From assembly GCA_008369845.1 (NCBI GenBank), contig MRSU01009833.1:1-34823 (forward strand): 34,823 bases of DNA. The letters run 5' to 3'. Shown piece by piece: positions 1 through 10,047 of this stretch. The notes beneath the pieces were generated by a model. The model was not told where the DNA came from. It ran no database searches and saw only the letters and a program-made list of their open reading frames with translations. The position numbers and the translations under genes were made by a program. This DNA comes from Trichomonas gallinae (Eukaryota). Numbering within the stretch: position 1 is the stretch's first letter; each line of letters begins with the position of its first letter.

Positions 1-168
1 TCAAAATTTTATCCGACCAAGAAGTTTTAAAAAATGGATCCTGGAAAATCCCAGGATTATTTCCAAATTTGCATCCCTATCCAATTACAAAGATATGTTT
101 GTATTTTTTGATTTTTTTCAACGAAATTCGATATTTTTGACATGTAAAATATATTTTTTGACATTAAA

Positions 169-678
169 ATGTCATCTTGGATTCTAGATCTTGTTATTAA
201 AGATGCAGAAATCAACGAAGACCTCGCTTCAACAAAGTCACCAATATGGTTTGTTGTACAAGCAGATGGGCTCCAACAGCCTTTTTCCACGAAACAAGTT
301 CAGTATTCGAGAACTCCTTCATGGAATTACCCTGCTAGACTAGTTCTAAAGGTCTCTGATATATCACAGGCTTACATGTACGTTGTTTTATGCACGTTTG
401 GCCCGGATAATATTATTAATCCACTTTGCAGAGCACGAGTTGGCTTGAGAAATCTTCCAATTGGCTCGCCTAAGACATTCAAATTCCCTTTAATGCAAAT
501 CGACAACAATGAATGGGAATCCGCAACTGTTCGTTGTGTAGCTACACTTTCCAGCTTTACGCCACAAGTTTACTTACCTCCTGCAATGAATAGACCAATG
601 ATGAATGCAGGAATGCAACAAATGGGCGGAAATCCTCAATATATGCAACAAATGAATAATTTTAATCGATATTATTAA
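169..678 (+). CDS. C2-domain-like protein with a Pro/Met/Gln/Asn-rich C-terminal tail
   Basis: 169-aa ATG ORF. Beta-strand pattern typical of C2 folds (PFSTKQVQYSRTPSWNYPARLVL...LCRARVGLRNLP...FKFPL), followed by a low-complexity tail. Phased upstream motif at 137-148 and 158-169. Confidence 0.6.
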   Translation: MSSWILDLVIKDAEINEDLASTKSPIWFVVQADGLQQPFSTKQVQYSRTPSWNYPARLVLKVSDISQAYMYVVLCTFGPDNIINPLCRARVGLRNLPIGSPKTFKFPLMQIDNNEWESATVRCVATLSSFTPQVYLPPAMNRPMMNAGMQQMGGNPQYMQQMNNFNRYY

Positions 679-1333
679 TAATCGTTGGTACAATATCCTT
701 ACTTCATTCAAAATTAATTGAATCATTACTATTGAATTTCTCTCAGTTTTTGATTGGAATCAAAAAGAATTTCGTTGGTTTAGGAGTTTTTGGAAACAAT
801 TGCATGCGACATTGATACTTATATGTTTACAGGATTTGCAAAAACTAATTTTCGATATTAGAAATTATTCTAGTTATTTTCAAAGAAATTTCAGATAACA
901 TTAGAGTCATTCTTGTTAACAATTGATTATTTTTTGTTTATTAAATATATATATTGTTTTTTATTAAATATCTTGTGGTGTATTGGAAACAAATATAAAA
1001 GTTTCTAATGATTTCCTCTTCTTTCGTGGGCGCGTCTGTTATAATGTAATAAAATAATTTTCTAAAATTTCTCTTTTCCCAAAAGAAGTTTGAACATTAA
1101 TATTTCATATGCAGTTGCTATTCTACAATATAGATAAGTACGATTTAAGAAAATCCATCATTGTAAAGCGTCGTCAATATTTCTCTTTACACGACAAAAT
1201 CATTTAATTTTCGACCATTTACATGCCAAATGAACTTTACAACGTCAGAATTTCTAAAAAAGTGGCGAACCCCTACAAAATAACAAAATTTAAATTAGGG
1301 CCTGACAAATTATTAAAGGGGTTTTGTTAGAGA

Positions 1334-4300
1334 ATGTCTGGTAGATTGGAACGCAGTGAAATATCGGATCAATACTCACTGCTGACTCTCGATTTCGAAA
1401 TTGAAGATAAAGCCTCGATAAAAGGATGCGATGTCGATGGTTCTCTCTCTCTTTTTGGTATTTTTACTTCAAATGAACTCAGGATTTATGAATTCAAGTC
1501 AAGTGATGAAAAAGTTGAGTTTAATAAGATCAAAAACCTTTCAATTTCAGATATTAAATCATTTAAATTCGTTAGATATGAAAAAACTTTCGGATTTATG
1601 GTTCTACTCCAAAACCAACTACGCATTTACCAATTAAATTCCGAAAATCCACTGAAAACAATTGATATAGTCGATAATGCACAAAAATTATATTATGATA
1701 ATAAATTTTACCCAAATATTTTCATCAAAAGCGAAACATCGATTTTAAAAATCAATATAGATAAAGGGGATCCAATTACTATTCCAAACAACTCAACATT
1801 GAAACAAATATGTTTAACATCCAATGGAGAACTGGCTTTTATTGAGAATAGTGACTTATACACGTTTGCATTAACAAATACAGATAAAAAATTCATTCAA
1901 AAACAAGATCTTTCGAAAGATTTCGTATTACTTGCATTACCCAATAATATTCTTGTTATTATCTCTCATTTACCAAACTGTCCTGATCTGCAGGCGACAA
2001 CCATCGATCTTTCTGATAAAACGACAAAAATTTTAACATATTACAGCTTTTATATAGATGAGCGAGCTAAAATGATCGATAGAAGCGACGAGCCTATTAA
2101 TGCTTACTCCCAAACAAACACTCCATTCATTACAGTACATTTGCCCGATATTAATAACATAGAGCAGCTAGTTTTTAACTATAAAAACAAAACTCTTGAA
2201 CTTTTCAGTCCAAACGAAAGTGTTCATAACAGTATCACGAGAGATCAAATACAGAACTACTTCTGCATGTGGTATCCAACAAATGAGAGATATTGCTTCT
2301 TAGATACTAAATGGTTCTATAATAGAGTTTCTGGTTCATACGAAGAATCAGATATGATCGTTCAAGATCCATTGCCAACAAAAATAGAGAGCTACAAGAG
2401 CTTCGATTCTCTACTATTACACGTTGAAGGACAAAAATTACAAACAAAATCAACACAACTCGACTTCGTTCACTATAAATCAGATTCTCATCCGAATGTT
2501 GTTGTAGGACAACAAGGCCAGAAGTGTTTAATTTATCCAGATCATCTAGAATTTGTTATAAATGAAAAAACAACAACTTTTGAATGCGAAACCGATAATA
2601 TCCAGAAAATCGTTTTTGCTGTTCTTCCAACTCTTGCAAATATAGCGTTAATAGGCTGCAGAGGTCTTATAGAGATAATCAACATCGATCGTGAAGAACA
2701 TTATCAGCTGGATCTACCAGAAATAGTTTCAAATCTTGATTGCTCAAAAATTTTAATCGAAAAATGCACTTTTCCATACATATTTGCTATCTTTGGCCAA
2801 TACATTGTTTCATGCTCAATAACAGACAAATCATGTAGCATAATATATCCAACACATATTAACAATCAAATCGAAAATGAAGAAATTATTCAAAATCAAA
2901 CAGAAAATGATGATGAAAAGAATCAAAATGAAAATAATGATGATAAGAATCAAAGTCAAAATGGTGATGATAAGAATAAAAGTCAATTAACTAATAATGA
3001 AAATGAAGAAAAAACTCAAACAAATAATGATGAAAAAGGCGAAGAAAAAACACAAACAGAGGAAAAAGAAGGAAAAAAGATGAATAATAATGATGAAAAA
3101 GATGTTTATGACATAGATGTTGCAGTAATGTACAACTATTATCAAAAGACAGAACAATACAAAATAATTATATATGAAAACAGAACATTGTATGAATACA
3201 CTGAGGATGGTGAGCGCGAAATATTTAAAGGCATTGATGCAAACTCGAAGTTTTACAATGTATCATCTTATGTTATCGCAGTTTCACCAACACAGGTCTG
3301 CCTTATCACAGACAAATTGAAAGTTATTGAGCCTTCGAGTATAGACTTCAAAGATCCAATCGTTGCATCATCTGCTTATTTGAACATGTTTGTTATATGC
3401 GACAGAGAAAATCCAACATTTAAGGTTTTGATTGCTGAAGAAAATGAAGATAAAGTATCAATATCAGAAATAACACCAGAATCATTCGATCAATCACTAG
3501 TTTCACGTGATATTTATTTACGAATTTACAAGAATCAAGTTTTCTTTGATGTTTTTACAACTAATTCAACTTTAGAAAGCTTCGAAGTCAAGAACTATGA
3601 GAGGAAGCACAGTGACATCGATGAACTAGATTTATATGAACTATACAAGCCAGAAAAAATCAACAGAAAAGCATTATTAGATGCACAATTATTTTCTGTT
3701 TATTGCTGTGGGAAACTCGCAATAATCTATCAAGATAAAATTGATATCTTCGGATTTAATGGCTCAAAGTTAATCGGCGAGAAAAACACAGTAAAAATAG
3801 AAAATGTTATTGACGCAAATTTCGTTGAATACGGAAACAAACCATATCTGATTCTTCTAACATCATCATTTTTGTATTCAGTTAGTCCTACAGGGTTCAT
3901 TTACAACAAGATAGAACTGAATAACTCGGAGCCATCAAAGATATTTACTGATTATCCAGCAGTTTATGTGATAATGAAAGATAAATCAGATCTTTTTTAT
4001 TGCGCAGCCATCAACATTTTGACGAATGATGTTATGTATCTTGGTGTTAAAGGATTTGCGACAGAGTCATTGGTTACAACACATCTTAAATTCAAAGATG
4101 CTGCATTATCAAAATCCGGTTATCTTGTTTTTCTCCTAGAAAATGGAACTATTGGAAGAATGACAAGCTTCGGATTTCAATATTTCAATGACTATAAATT
4201 CGATTTTATTGTTTCATGCGCTGATATTGTCCTTGCTTTTGCTTCAGATGAAAACATGACAACTATTTTCGCTTTCGATGGATCAGGAAAGTCGAATACT

Positions 4301-4858
4301 TTTTATCTCGAATTTAAGATGGAAAGGGAGAATGTTTATGCGTCAAAATTCATCAGGATGCTCATGTATAACAGATCCGATGTTTTATACTTCTTTGATA
4401 TAGATGACATCACAGATCCAATAATCGTCACAAATAATAATGAAAACAAACTCTCAGAACTGGAAAATCCTTCATTGATTGAATGCAAAAATGTTTCTTT
4501 ATTCTTGGGAGTGAAAAATGAAAACAGCAGAAAGTATTTAAACGTTATGCAACTATCTTTTAACTTTGAACAAGAAAACATGCCAGTTGTAGAGGCATAT
4601 GAGCCAGAGCTTTACGACCACATCAAAGAAGAAGCGAAATATGTTGAATATTCTTTTAATTCGCCAAAGATTGTTCTGCAAAAGAAAAAAGATCCACGTG
4701 ATGTTCGCAAATATGAACACACTAAGGATGCTCCGCCAAACAAGAAGCCTCAGATTATTACCAAGAATATTGCCTGTGTTCCATCAAATAGAGTTGAAAA
4801 CAAGACAACAAGAACAGCTTCGAATAAGCGTGTTCAAAAGACAAAATATGGAAAATAA
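1334..4858 (+). CDS. Large hypothetical protein, beta-strand rich (possible divergent beta-propellers), with an N/E/K/Q low-complexity insertion
   Basis: 1174-aa uninterrupted ATG ORF. Acidic/Asn-rich insert at about 2870-3100 and a basic C-terminal tail. No family recognised with confidence. Confidence 0.75.
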   Translation: MSGRLERSEISDQYSLLTLDFEIEDKASIKGCDVDGSLSLFGIFTSNELRIYEFKSSDEKVEFNKIKNLSISDIKSFKFVRYEKTFGFMVLLQNQLRIYQLNSENPLKTIDIVDNAQKLYYDNKFYPNIFIKSETSILKINIDKGDPITIPNNSTLKQICLTSNGELAFIENSDLYTFALTNTDKKFIQKQDLSKDFVLLALPNNILVIISHLPNCPDLQATTIDLSDKTTKILTYYSFYIDERAKMIDRSDEPINAYSQTNTPFITVHLPDINNIEQLVFNYKNKTLELFSPNESVHNSITRDQIQNYFCMWYPTNERYCFLDTKWFYNRVSGSYEESDMIVQDPLPTKIESYKSFDSLLLHVEGQKLQTKSTQLDFVHYKSDSHPNVVVGQQGQKCLIYPDHLEFVINEKTTTFECETDNIQKIVFAVLPTLANIALIGCRGLIEIINIDREEHYQLDLPEIVSNLDCSKILIEKCTFPYIFAIFGQYIVSCSITDKSCSIIYPTHINNQIENEEIIQNQTENDDEKNQNENNDDKNQSQNGDDKNKSQLTNNENEEKTQTNNDEKGEEKTQTEEKEGKKMNNNDEKDVYDIDVAVMYNYYQKTEQYKIIIYENRTLYEYTEDGEREIFKGIDANSKFYNVSSYVIAVSPTQVCLITDKLKVIEPSSIDFKDPIVASSAYLNMFVICDRENPTFKVLIAEENEDKVSISEITPESFDQSLVSRDIYLRIYKNQVFFDVFTTNSTLESFEVKNYERKHSDIDELDLYELYKPEKINRKALLDAQLFSVYCCGKLAIIYQDKIDIFGFNGSKLIGEKNTVKIENVIDANFVEYGNKPYLILLTSSFLYSVSPTGFIYNKIELNNSEPSKIFTDYPAVYVIMKDKSDLFYCAAINILTNDVMYLGVKGFATESLVTTHLKFKDAALSKSGYLVFLLENGTIGRMTSFGFQYFNDYKFDFIVSCADIVLAFASDENMTTIFAFDGSGKSNTFYLEFKMERENVYASKFIRMLMYNRSDVLYFFDIDDITDPIIVTNNNENKLSELENPSLIECKNVSLFLGVKNENSRKYLNVMQLSFNFEQENMPVVEAYEPELYDHIKEEAKYVEYSFNSPKIVLQKKKDPRDVRKYEHTKDAPPNKKPQIITKNIACVPSNRVENKTTRTASNKRVQKTKYGK

Positions 4859-5364
4859 TTATTTTTTTTGTTATTCTTTATATTATAATAAAATACTGTT
4901 AATTTACTATATTGTTTATATAAAAAGGAGAACTTCTATACCATATATTGAACAAGCAGCATCATTGAATATTCAATGGCGACTATAAGATTCATTTATT
5001 GCTATCTTTATCGATAAATTATTCAAATCATATGATCTAGAGATCCCTACAAAGCAATATATGAAATAGCATATTTTGAGTATACAGATCCACATATATA
5101 TCTTTGTAAAGGAGATCAATGATATTTCGAGTTTCATGAGTTATAATTTGGTCAAAATATTTCACGACTTCTTGTAATAAAATTGTCTGTTATTTTGTTG
5201 TGCTTGCTTTAATATAAATACAGCATTAAAGCTTTAAACAATCATAGGCATTAGTTGTGTCAATGATGCTGTTGAGGCCGCATGTAGTAGATTTTTATGA
5301 TCTTAAGCACAAGAATGGAAAAGCTTGGTTCGTATCAGATTTGACAGTGTAAAAATTACTTGTT

Positions 5365-6756
5365 TTACCTTAATCTACCACGGCAAATAAGGGAGCCACA
5401 ATTACATGGAATCATTCTGGATTCGATTTTAGTTTCAAATTTGTATCCATAGTGGAATCCTAAATCTTCATTCGGATAAATGTCTCTCATCGCAAAGAAG
5501 CCGATTCTGTGAAACTGGTGACTTTCGCATGTTCCTATTGATATTGTAATAATATTTGGCTCGCAGTTGTGGTTGATGAACATGCTAACGTTACCATTTG
5601 TATGTGGATCAAGTGTAAGCATATCTTTGTCATCAATTCCGTATCCATCAAGATCAAACAAGTATGATTCTCCTGTCTGATCATATTTATTTCCTATTTC
5701 CTCCGCATGATCCGGATCTGTTATAATATCGCCAAGATATTCGCACACAAATGTGCCACGAGGTATGAATTCGAGTGTTTTAACGCCCCAGCCGTTTTTG
5801 GATACAGCTCTGCAGACGAGGAGATGAATTTTCGCGCGATGATCGATGACCCTGTTTTTGCATGTCTGTGGGTCGCAGGAACAAGAATCGTTGCATTCTA
5901 TTATAAGAGGCTTGTGCGTGTTGAGCTCCTCTATGTTAACCGTGCCATCTTCGTTGTAGTGCATTGATGATTTGCCTGATTTATCTTCATAAGTATGACA
6001 GTGCAGGCAATCGTGTTTGTGGCAGCTGCAGCCTACGCAGTGAGGCGAAACAATCACTGGAAACTCCAGGTTAGCTATCCATTTCATCTTGCGCGGCCAC
6101 AAGTGATCATCTTCATTAATGCAAGGACAATCAACGATTCCGTGAGATCTGTTGAAACCATTCGATAAATCTGGCGTGAAACGGTAGTTAAGGTCAAAGT
6201 TATCGGGAAGAGTCTTTCCGAAGCAGTTTTTGATGAACTCACGTGATTCTTCTGGAACTTCATTGAATGGATTTCCTGAAATCGTCCAGTTATATGTAGA
6301 TGGAACATATTCTCTGCCATCTATAGTCGATGTTCTATCGGCATCATCTAAGTAAAAAGGTACAGGATATGGTTTTGACGTAGATTCTACTAAAGCTTTC
6401 ATCAAAATTATCTGTTTCATCTCGAAATTCATTTCCAACTGTTCCAGTATGAAGTCTATAGGCAGACTGGATATGATTGCGATCGCTGCGATCAAGTTTG
6501 GATGCAAGTCTGGATCACATAACTCGACACAACTGAACAATTCGCTGATTTGTGGCGTAACTTTGAGGTCTTTTGTCTTTCCTGAGTTCATTCTCCTTCT
6601 AACGAAAAATGGGCTCTGTAATTTTTGTTTGAGAAAAGTTTGTATTTCACTTGGAAGCTGTTTAATGCATTGTGTGAATATGTTGAGTGTGTTGCACTTC
6701 TCAAAGCAATCAGGAACTGATGGAAAGACCAAAGGAAACTCAGGTCTATTCATCAT
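5365..6756 (-). CDS. SUV39/G9a-type histone-lysine N-methyltransferase (pre-SET, SET, post-SET)
   Basis: Pre-SET Cys cluster (CVGCSC..C..C; IIECNDSCSC....CKNRV). SET motifs GWGVKTLEFIPRGTFVCEYLGDII, FINHNCEPN and EDLGFHYG. Post-SET CNCGSLICRG. Confidence 0.92.
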   Translation of the reverse strand: MMNRPEFPLVFPSVPDCFEKCNTLNIFTQCIKQLPSEIQTFLKQKLQSPFFVRRRMNSGKTKDLKVTPQISELFSCVELCDPDLHPNLIAAIAIISSLPIDFILEQLEMNFEMKQIILMKALVESTSKPYPVPFYLDDADRTSTIDGREYVPSTYNWTISGNPFNEVPEESREFIKNCFGKTLPDNFDLNYRFTPDLSNGFNRSHGIVDCPCINEDDHLWPRKMKWIANLEFPVIVSPHCVGCSCHKHDCLHCHTYEDKSGKSSMHYNEDGTVNIEELNTHKPLIIECNDSCSCDPQTCKNRVIDHRAKIHLLVCRAVSKNGWGVKTLEFIPRGTFVCEYLGDIITDPDHAEEIGNKYDQTGESYLFDLDGYGIDDKDMLTLDPHTNGNVSMFINHNCEPNIITISIGTCESHQFHRIGFFAMRDIYPNEDLGFHYGYKFETKIESRMIPCNCGSLICRGRLR

Positions 6757-6766
6757 TGTATAAAAA

Positions 6767-6832
6767 GGGGGCTGATTTTATAACGAAGGGGGTTAATTAA
6801 AAAAATTAGGGGATATTTTTGTAAAACAGGGG
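6767..6832. promoter_or_regulatory. Four phased G/C tracts directly upstream of the SET gene; includes CCTTT (Trichomonas M5-like) about 10 nt before the ATG on the coding strand
   Basis: G runs start at 6767, 6788, 6809 and 6829 (spacing 21, 21, 20). The minus strand reads ...GCCCCCTTTTTATACAATG. Confidence 0.5.
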
Positions 6833-7160
6833 ATGCATTTGAAAAGAAAACTTTAGTTTTTGACACTCAAAATTGTAAAGTACCAGAATTTGACATGTAA
6901 ACAACTTCACTTTTCTTGAAAAAAAGGTTACGTTTTTATAAAGCAGGAGATAGATTGTATTGCGCCCAAACACGATCGCATTCGTGATATGCAGATTTTA
7001 CTAGATATGGAACCTATATAAAGAGTTTCGGATAAGAATTAAAAATATGTTTGTAAAGTAACTTTACATGACAGATATGTGTCACTTTACGCGAAAAATG
7101 GCGGGAAAAATGATGATATGAAATATAATACCATAATCCTTTACTATTAACGTAATTCAC

Positions 7161-7475
7161 TTAAAACAAATTTTTGAAGATATCATCATTATCTTGGTCT
7201 TCAGCTGGAGCTGAAGCTTCTTTTGCGCGTCGGATTTTTTCTTGTTGTTCATAAATTTCGTTGTTCACTGCATTTTGAACAAGGAAGCTTGCTGTTGATT
7301 TTGTGCTGAAATCCTCATCTGGGTAGTCTGGGTAATGAATCTTGTAGGTGCCATCAACAATATCTTGGACGACAGCTTCGTATATGTCAAACTCATTGTT
7401 GTCGACGACATAGATCTTCTCGCCTTTCATGTAGACATGAGTATCTTCTCTGGAGAACTTGGGGTTATTTAGCAT
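7161..7475 (-). CDS. Small stand-alone Tudor-knot/chromo-barrel (MRG15/Eaf3-like) domain protein
   Basis: 104 aa. YMKGEKIYVV...IYEAVVQDI..GTYKIHYPDYPDED followed by a helix matches the chromo-barrel pattern (GE.V...LYEAK.....Y.IHY.GW...DEW). Confidence 0.65.
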   Translation of the reverse strand: MLNNPKFSREDTHVYMKGEKIYVVDNNEFDIYEAVVQDIVDGTYKIHYPDYPDEDFSTKSTASFLVQNAVNNEIYEQQEKIRRAKEASAPAEDQDNDDIFKNLF

Positions 7476-7508
7476 ATAAAATTTTGCTAAAAGATAAATG
7501 AATGGTTA

Positions 7509-7531
7509 AAAGTGACTCGAATAAAAGTGAC
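7509..7531 (+). promoter_or_regulatory. Two AAAGTGAC (Trichomonas M2-type) motifs in a 98-bp bidirectional promoter
   Basis: AAAGTGAC occurs twice between the divergent ATGs at 7475 (-) and 7574 (+). The motif or its complement also occurs near 7081, 13233, 13305, 13333, 13394, 18289 and 29518. Confidence 0.55.
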
Positions 7532-7573
7532 ATCAAACGTCCAGTTTTCTTTTATAGTTTTTTTTATTGTCAA

Positions 7574-7867
7574 ATGAGTTATAAAATTCCTGGCCAAAAA
7601 CAAAATAAAGACCCATATCTTGTCAGTGCTGGACAGCCAAAGGGCAAATTATACAGAACTAAACGCGCGATTATTCGTTTAGAACAAGTTGATACTGATC
7701 TTTCTGCAAAAATACGCGAATTAAAGGTAGAAAATGCCAAGCTCAAGGAAAAACTAATACGATTAAGACGTCAAGCTGCAGAAACGGACGAAATTGAAGA
7801 TCAATTTGAGCAACTTTCTCAAATAATCCTCGAAAGTCAATTATCATCAGGAATTATTACTAAGTAA
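7574..7867 (+). CDS. Small coiled-coil hypothetical protein
   Basis: Start moved to the ATG at 7574 (MSYKIPG), because the upstream in-frame part is T-rich, promoter-like sequence. Heptad pattern LSAKIRELKVENAKLKEKLIRL. Confidence 0.7.
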   Translation: MSYKIPGQKQNKDPYLVSAGQPKGKLYRTKRAIIRLEQVDTDLSAKIRELKVENAKLKEKLIRLRRQAAETDEIEDQFEQLSQIILESQLSSGIITK

Positions 7868-8537
7868 CCATCTATCGAATATAGTTTCTGATTTTATTTT
7901 TAATAGATTGTAATATGATGTTAGGTAAACGTTAGTTGTATGTATTATGCCATTAGAAACCATTTTTACCAAATTCAAATGCAAATTCATAATATTTTTC
8001 TCTTTCCAAAAATTATTGCTCCATTTTATTAATGCTGATGTTAGTATACAAGCCGACATTGGTATATAAATGAATTCATCATAGAATTTTTCAATTGTAT
8101 AAAATACTTTCTGGATTTGATTAATTTTCAAAGAATCAATAAACTTATGTGCATGATAATATGTTGAAATGTGTATATATACATTTTCGATGTGTATGGA
8201 ATATAATTGAATTCTTCCACAACTCTGCATTAGATTGGAAATTCAAATCCATATTTTAAATTCAACAAGAAAGTCAAATGAGAATTCAAATACACTAATT
8301 GAATAACTTCTAGGTGCATTTTGACTCGAATTTAGCTTTCTATTTGAATTATAATTCAAATCTATCGATAATAAGACAAGTATCCTTGTAATTTGATGCA
8401 GCTCCAAGATACACAATCAAATAATGCTGTGATAACTCCAATTTTTTTTTTTTTGAATCATAAATTGTTTCGCTAAAAATATCTTTTTATTAGGTTATAT
8501 AAACAGATGCATCTAACTCTGCAATGGTTTGAAGAAA

Positions 8538-9602
8538 TTAAACTTCCCCTTCTGAGTATATACTTCCACTATCATCGTCATCATCATTTTGTGCACTAGT
8601 ACCATCATCGTATGCACCACTTTCTGTGAAAGTACCATACTCACCGGCATCATCTTCGTATTCACTTCCTGATAACTCTCCTGTTGATGATTGTGAGTCA
8701 TCACTATCATCTATAATTTCTCCTGTTTCGCGATTAGGATCCTTTGTATCAATTGCTTCACTCAATGATGTCGAGAATTCACCGCTATCTAACTGTCCAA
8801 GCTTCTTTTCGTTCCTTCTTAGCTGCTGTAGAGCTATTGTTTCTCTAAGCGCACCTGGTTCTGTTTCTGTTGTTGCTAAATTTGCCTGCTTGTTTAATCT
8901 GTTTGATTTCGAAGACGATTGGAGCTTCGAACATTTGGATTTGAGTTTCATGATAATCTTTTTCTCTGTTGCTCGATCGTTTTTCAGTTTTTCAATCTGT
9001 TTTTGTAATTCTTTAACTTTTAGTTTATATTGCTCAATTGCTTTCGTTGCTTGAGCGATATTTGCGTTGTATTGTTCTAAAAGTTTTGCATCTGGCTCAT
9101 CTGTTGATGGTGGTGGTGCCATATTTCTTTGTGCCATGAGATAGTCGCAAGCAAGTTGTAAAATGAGAAATGCGTTTAGAGCACCTTTGCTTCCAAACTG
9201 TTTCATATCTTCTTTTGATATATTCGCGAATGTAAATTTATTCATATAGAATTCAACTGAGGCTAGATCACCTTTTTGTACTATTTGAGTAACATCGATT
9301 GATTCTGCAAGTCCCCAATTCATTGGTTCTGTTCTTGGTGCCCATGCGTATTGTTCTTTAGGTGGATTTGGACGTGTGAGTATAATTTGTGGTGGTGGCG
9401 GTTGATTTGGAGGCTGATAGAATCCTCCGACTGGCATTTGCTGTGTTAAAACAGGAAATCCAGGAGGTGCATTCATTTGAGGTGGAGCTCTTCCCATCAT
9501 AGGCGGTTGAAATCCTGGATTCGGGCCATATGGATTCATTCCAGGTGCCATAGGTGGGCGAAATCCATATTGTGGAGGAGGCACACCTTGATTTCCATAC
9601 AT
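8538..9602 (-). CDS. DZIP1/Iguana-like N-terminal domain protein (Pro-rich N-terminus, coiled coil, acidic tail)
   Basis: YAWAPRTEPMNWGLAESIDVTQIVQKGDLASVEFYMNKFTFANI...NAFLILQLACDYLMAQ matches the Dzip-like_N pattern (PR.E.IDW..L..IDV..I...D...LQ......TF...; F.L.QL.IEYL). Confidence 0.75.
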   Translation of the reverse strand: MYGNQGVPPPQYGFRPPMAPGMNPYGPNPGFQPPMMGRAPPQMNAPPGFPVLTQQMPVGGFYQPPNQPPPPQIILTRPNPPKEQYAWAPRTEPMNWGLAESIDVTQIVQKGDLASVEFYMNKFTFANISKEDMKQFGSKGALNAFLILQLACDYLMAQRNMAPPPSTDEPDAKLLEQYNANIAQATKAIEQYKLKVKELQKQIEKLKNDRATEKKIIMKLKSKCSKLQSSSKSNRLNKQANLATTETEPGALRETIALQQLRRNEKKLGQLDSGEFSTSLSEAIDTKDPNRETGEIIDDSDDSQSSTGELSGSEYEDDAGEYGTFTESGAYDDGTSAQNDDDDDSGSIYSEGEV

Positions 9603-10047
9603 AGCTAGTGTACGTTAAATTTTTTCATACAATTGAAATTTTTCAATTTTGTCACGTAAATTGACAATTTTCATATTTGTCGTGTAAAATATCAAATTAG
9701 ATTTTTACTACTAAAAGTTTATCAAATTGATCTAATATTGAATTGATTAACTGCATCTCCAGCTGTGTTATAGACTGGATCATTACGTGTCTCATTATCT
9801 TTACATCATCTAGAAACACATTATTCCAATTTAGGGTTCTAGATAAACCAATATATACCAATGCTCAAAATTTACCAAAATTAAAATTATTTAAGGGTCT
9901 TGAATATTAAAACAGGGGCGATATCGATTTATTTTATAACAGGGGGCGAATTAAAATTTCAGGGGATTTTATAGTTTTTAAATTTATAGCATATGTGAGA
10001 TATCAGGATCACAAACAAAGAAAAGACTTGTCAATTTTTTATAAAAA

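Noticed and set aside
7847..8230. 127-aa minus-strand ORF
   Set aside because: Composition mirrors AT-rich intergenic DNA (I/N/K/Y/F), there is no domain, and it overlaps the 3' end of the neighbouring gene.
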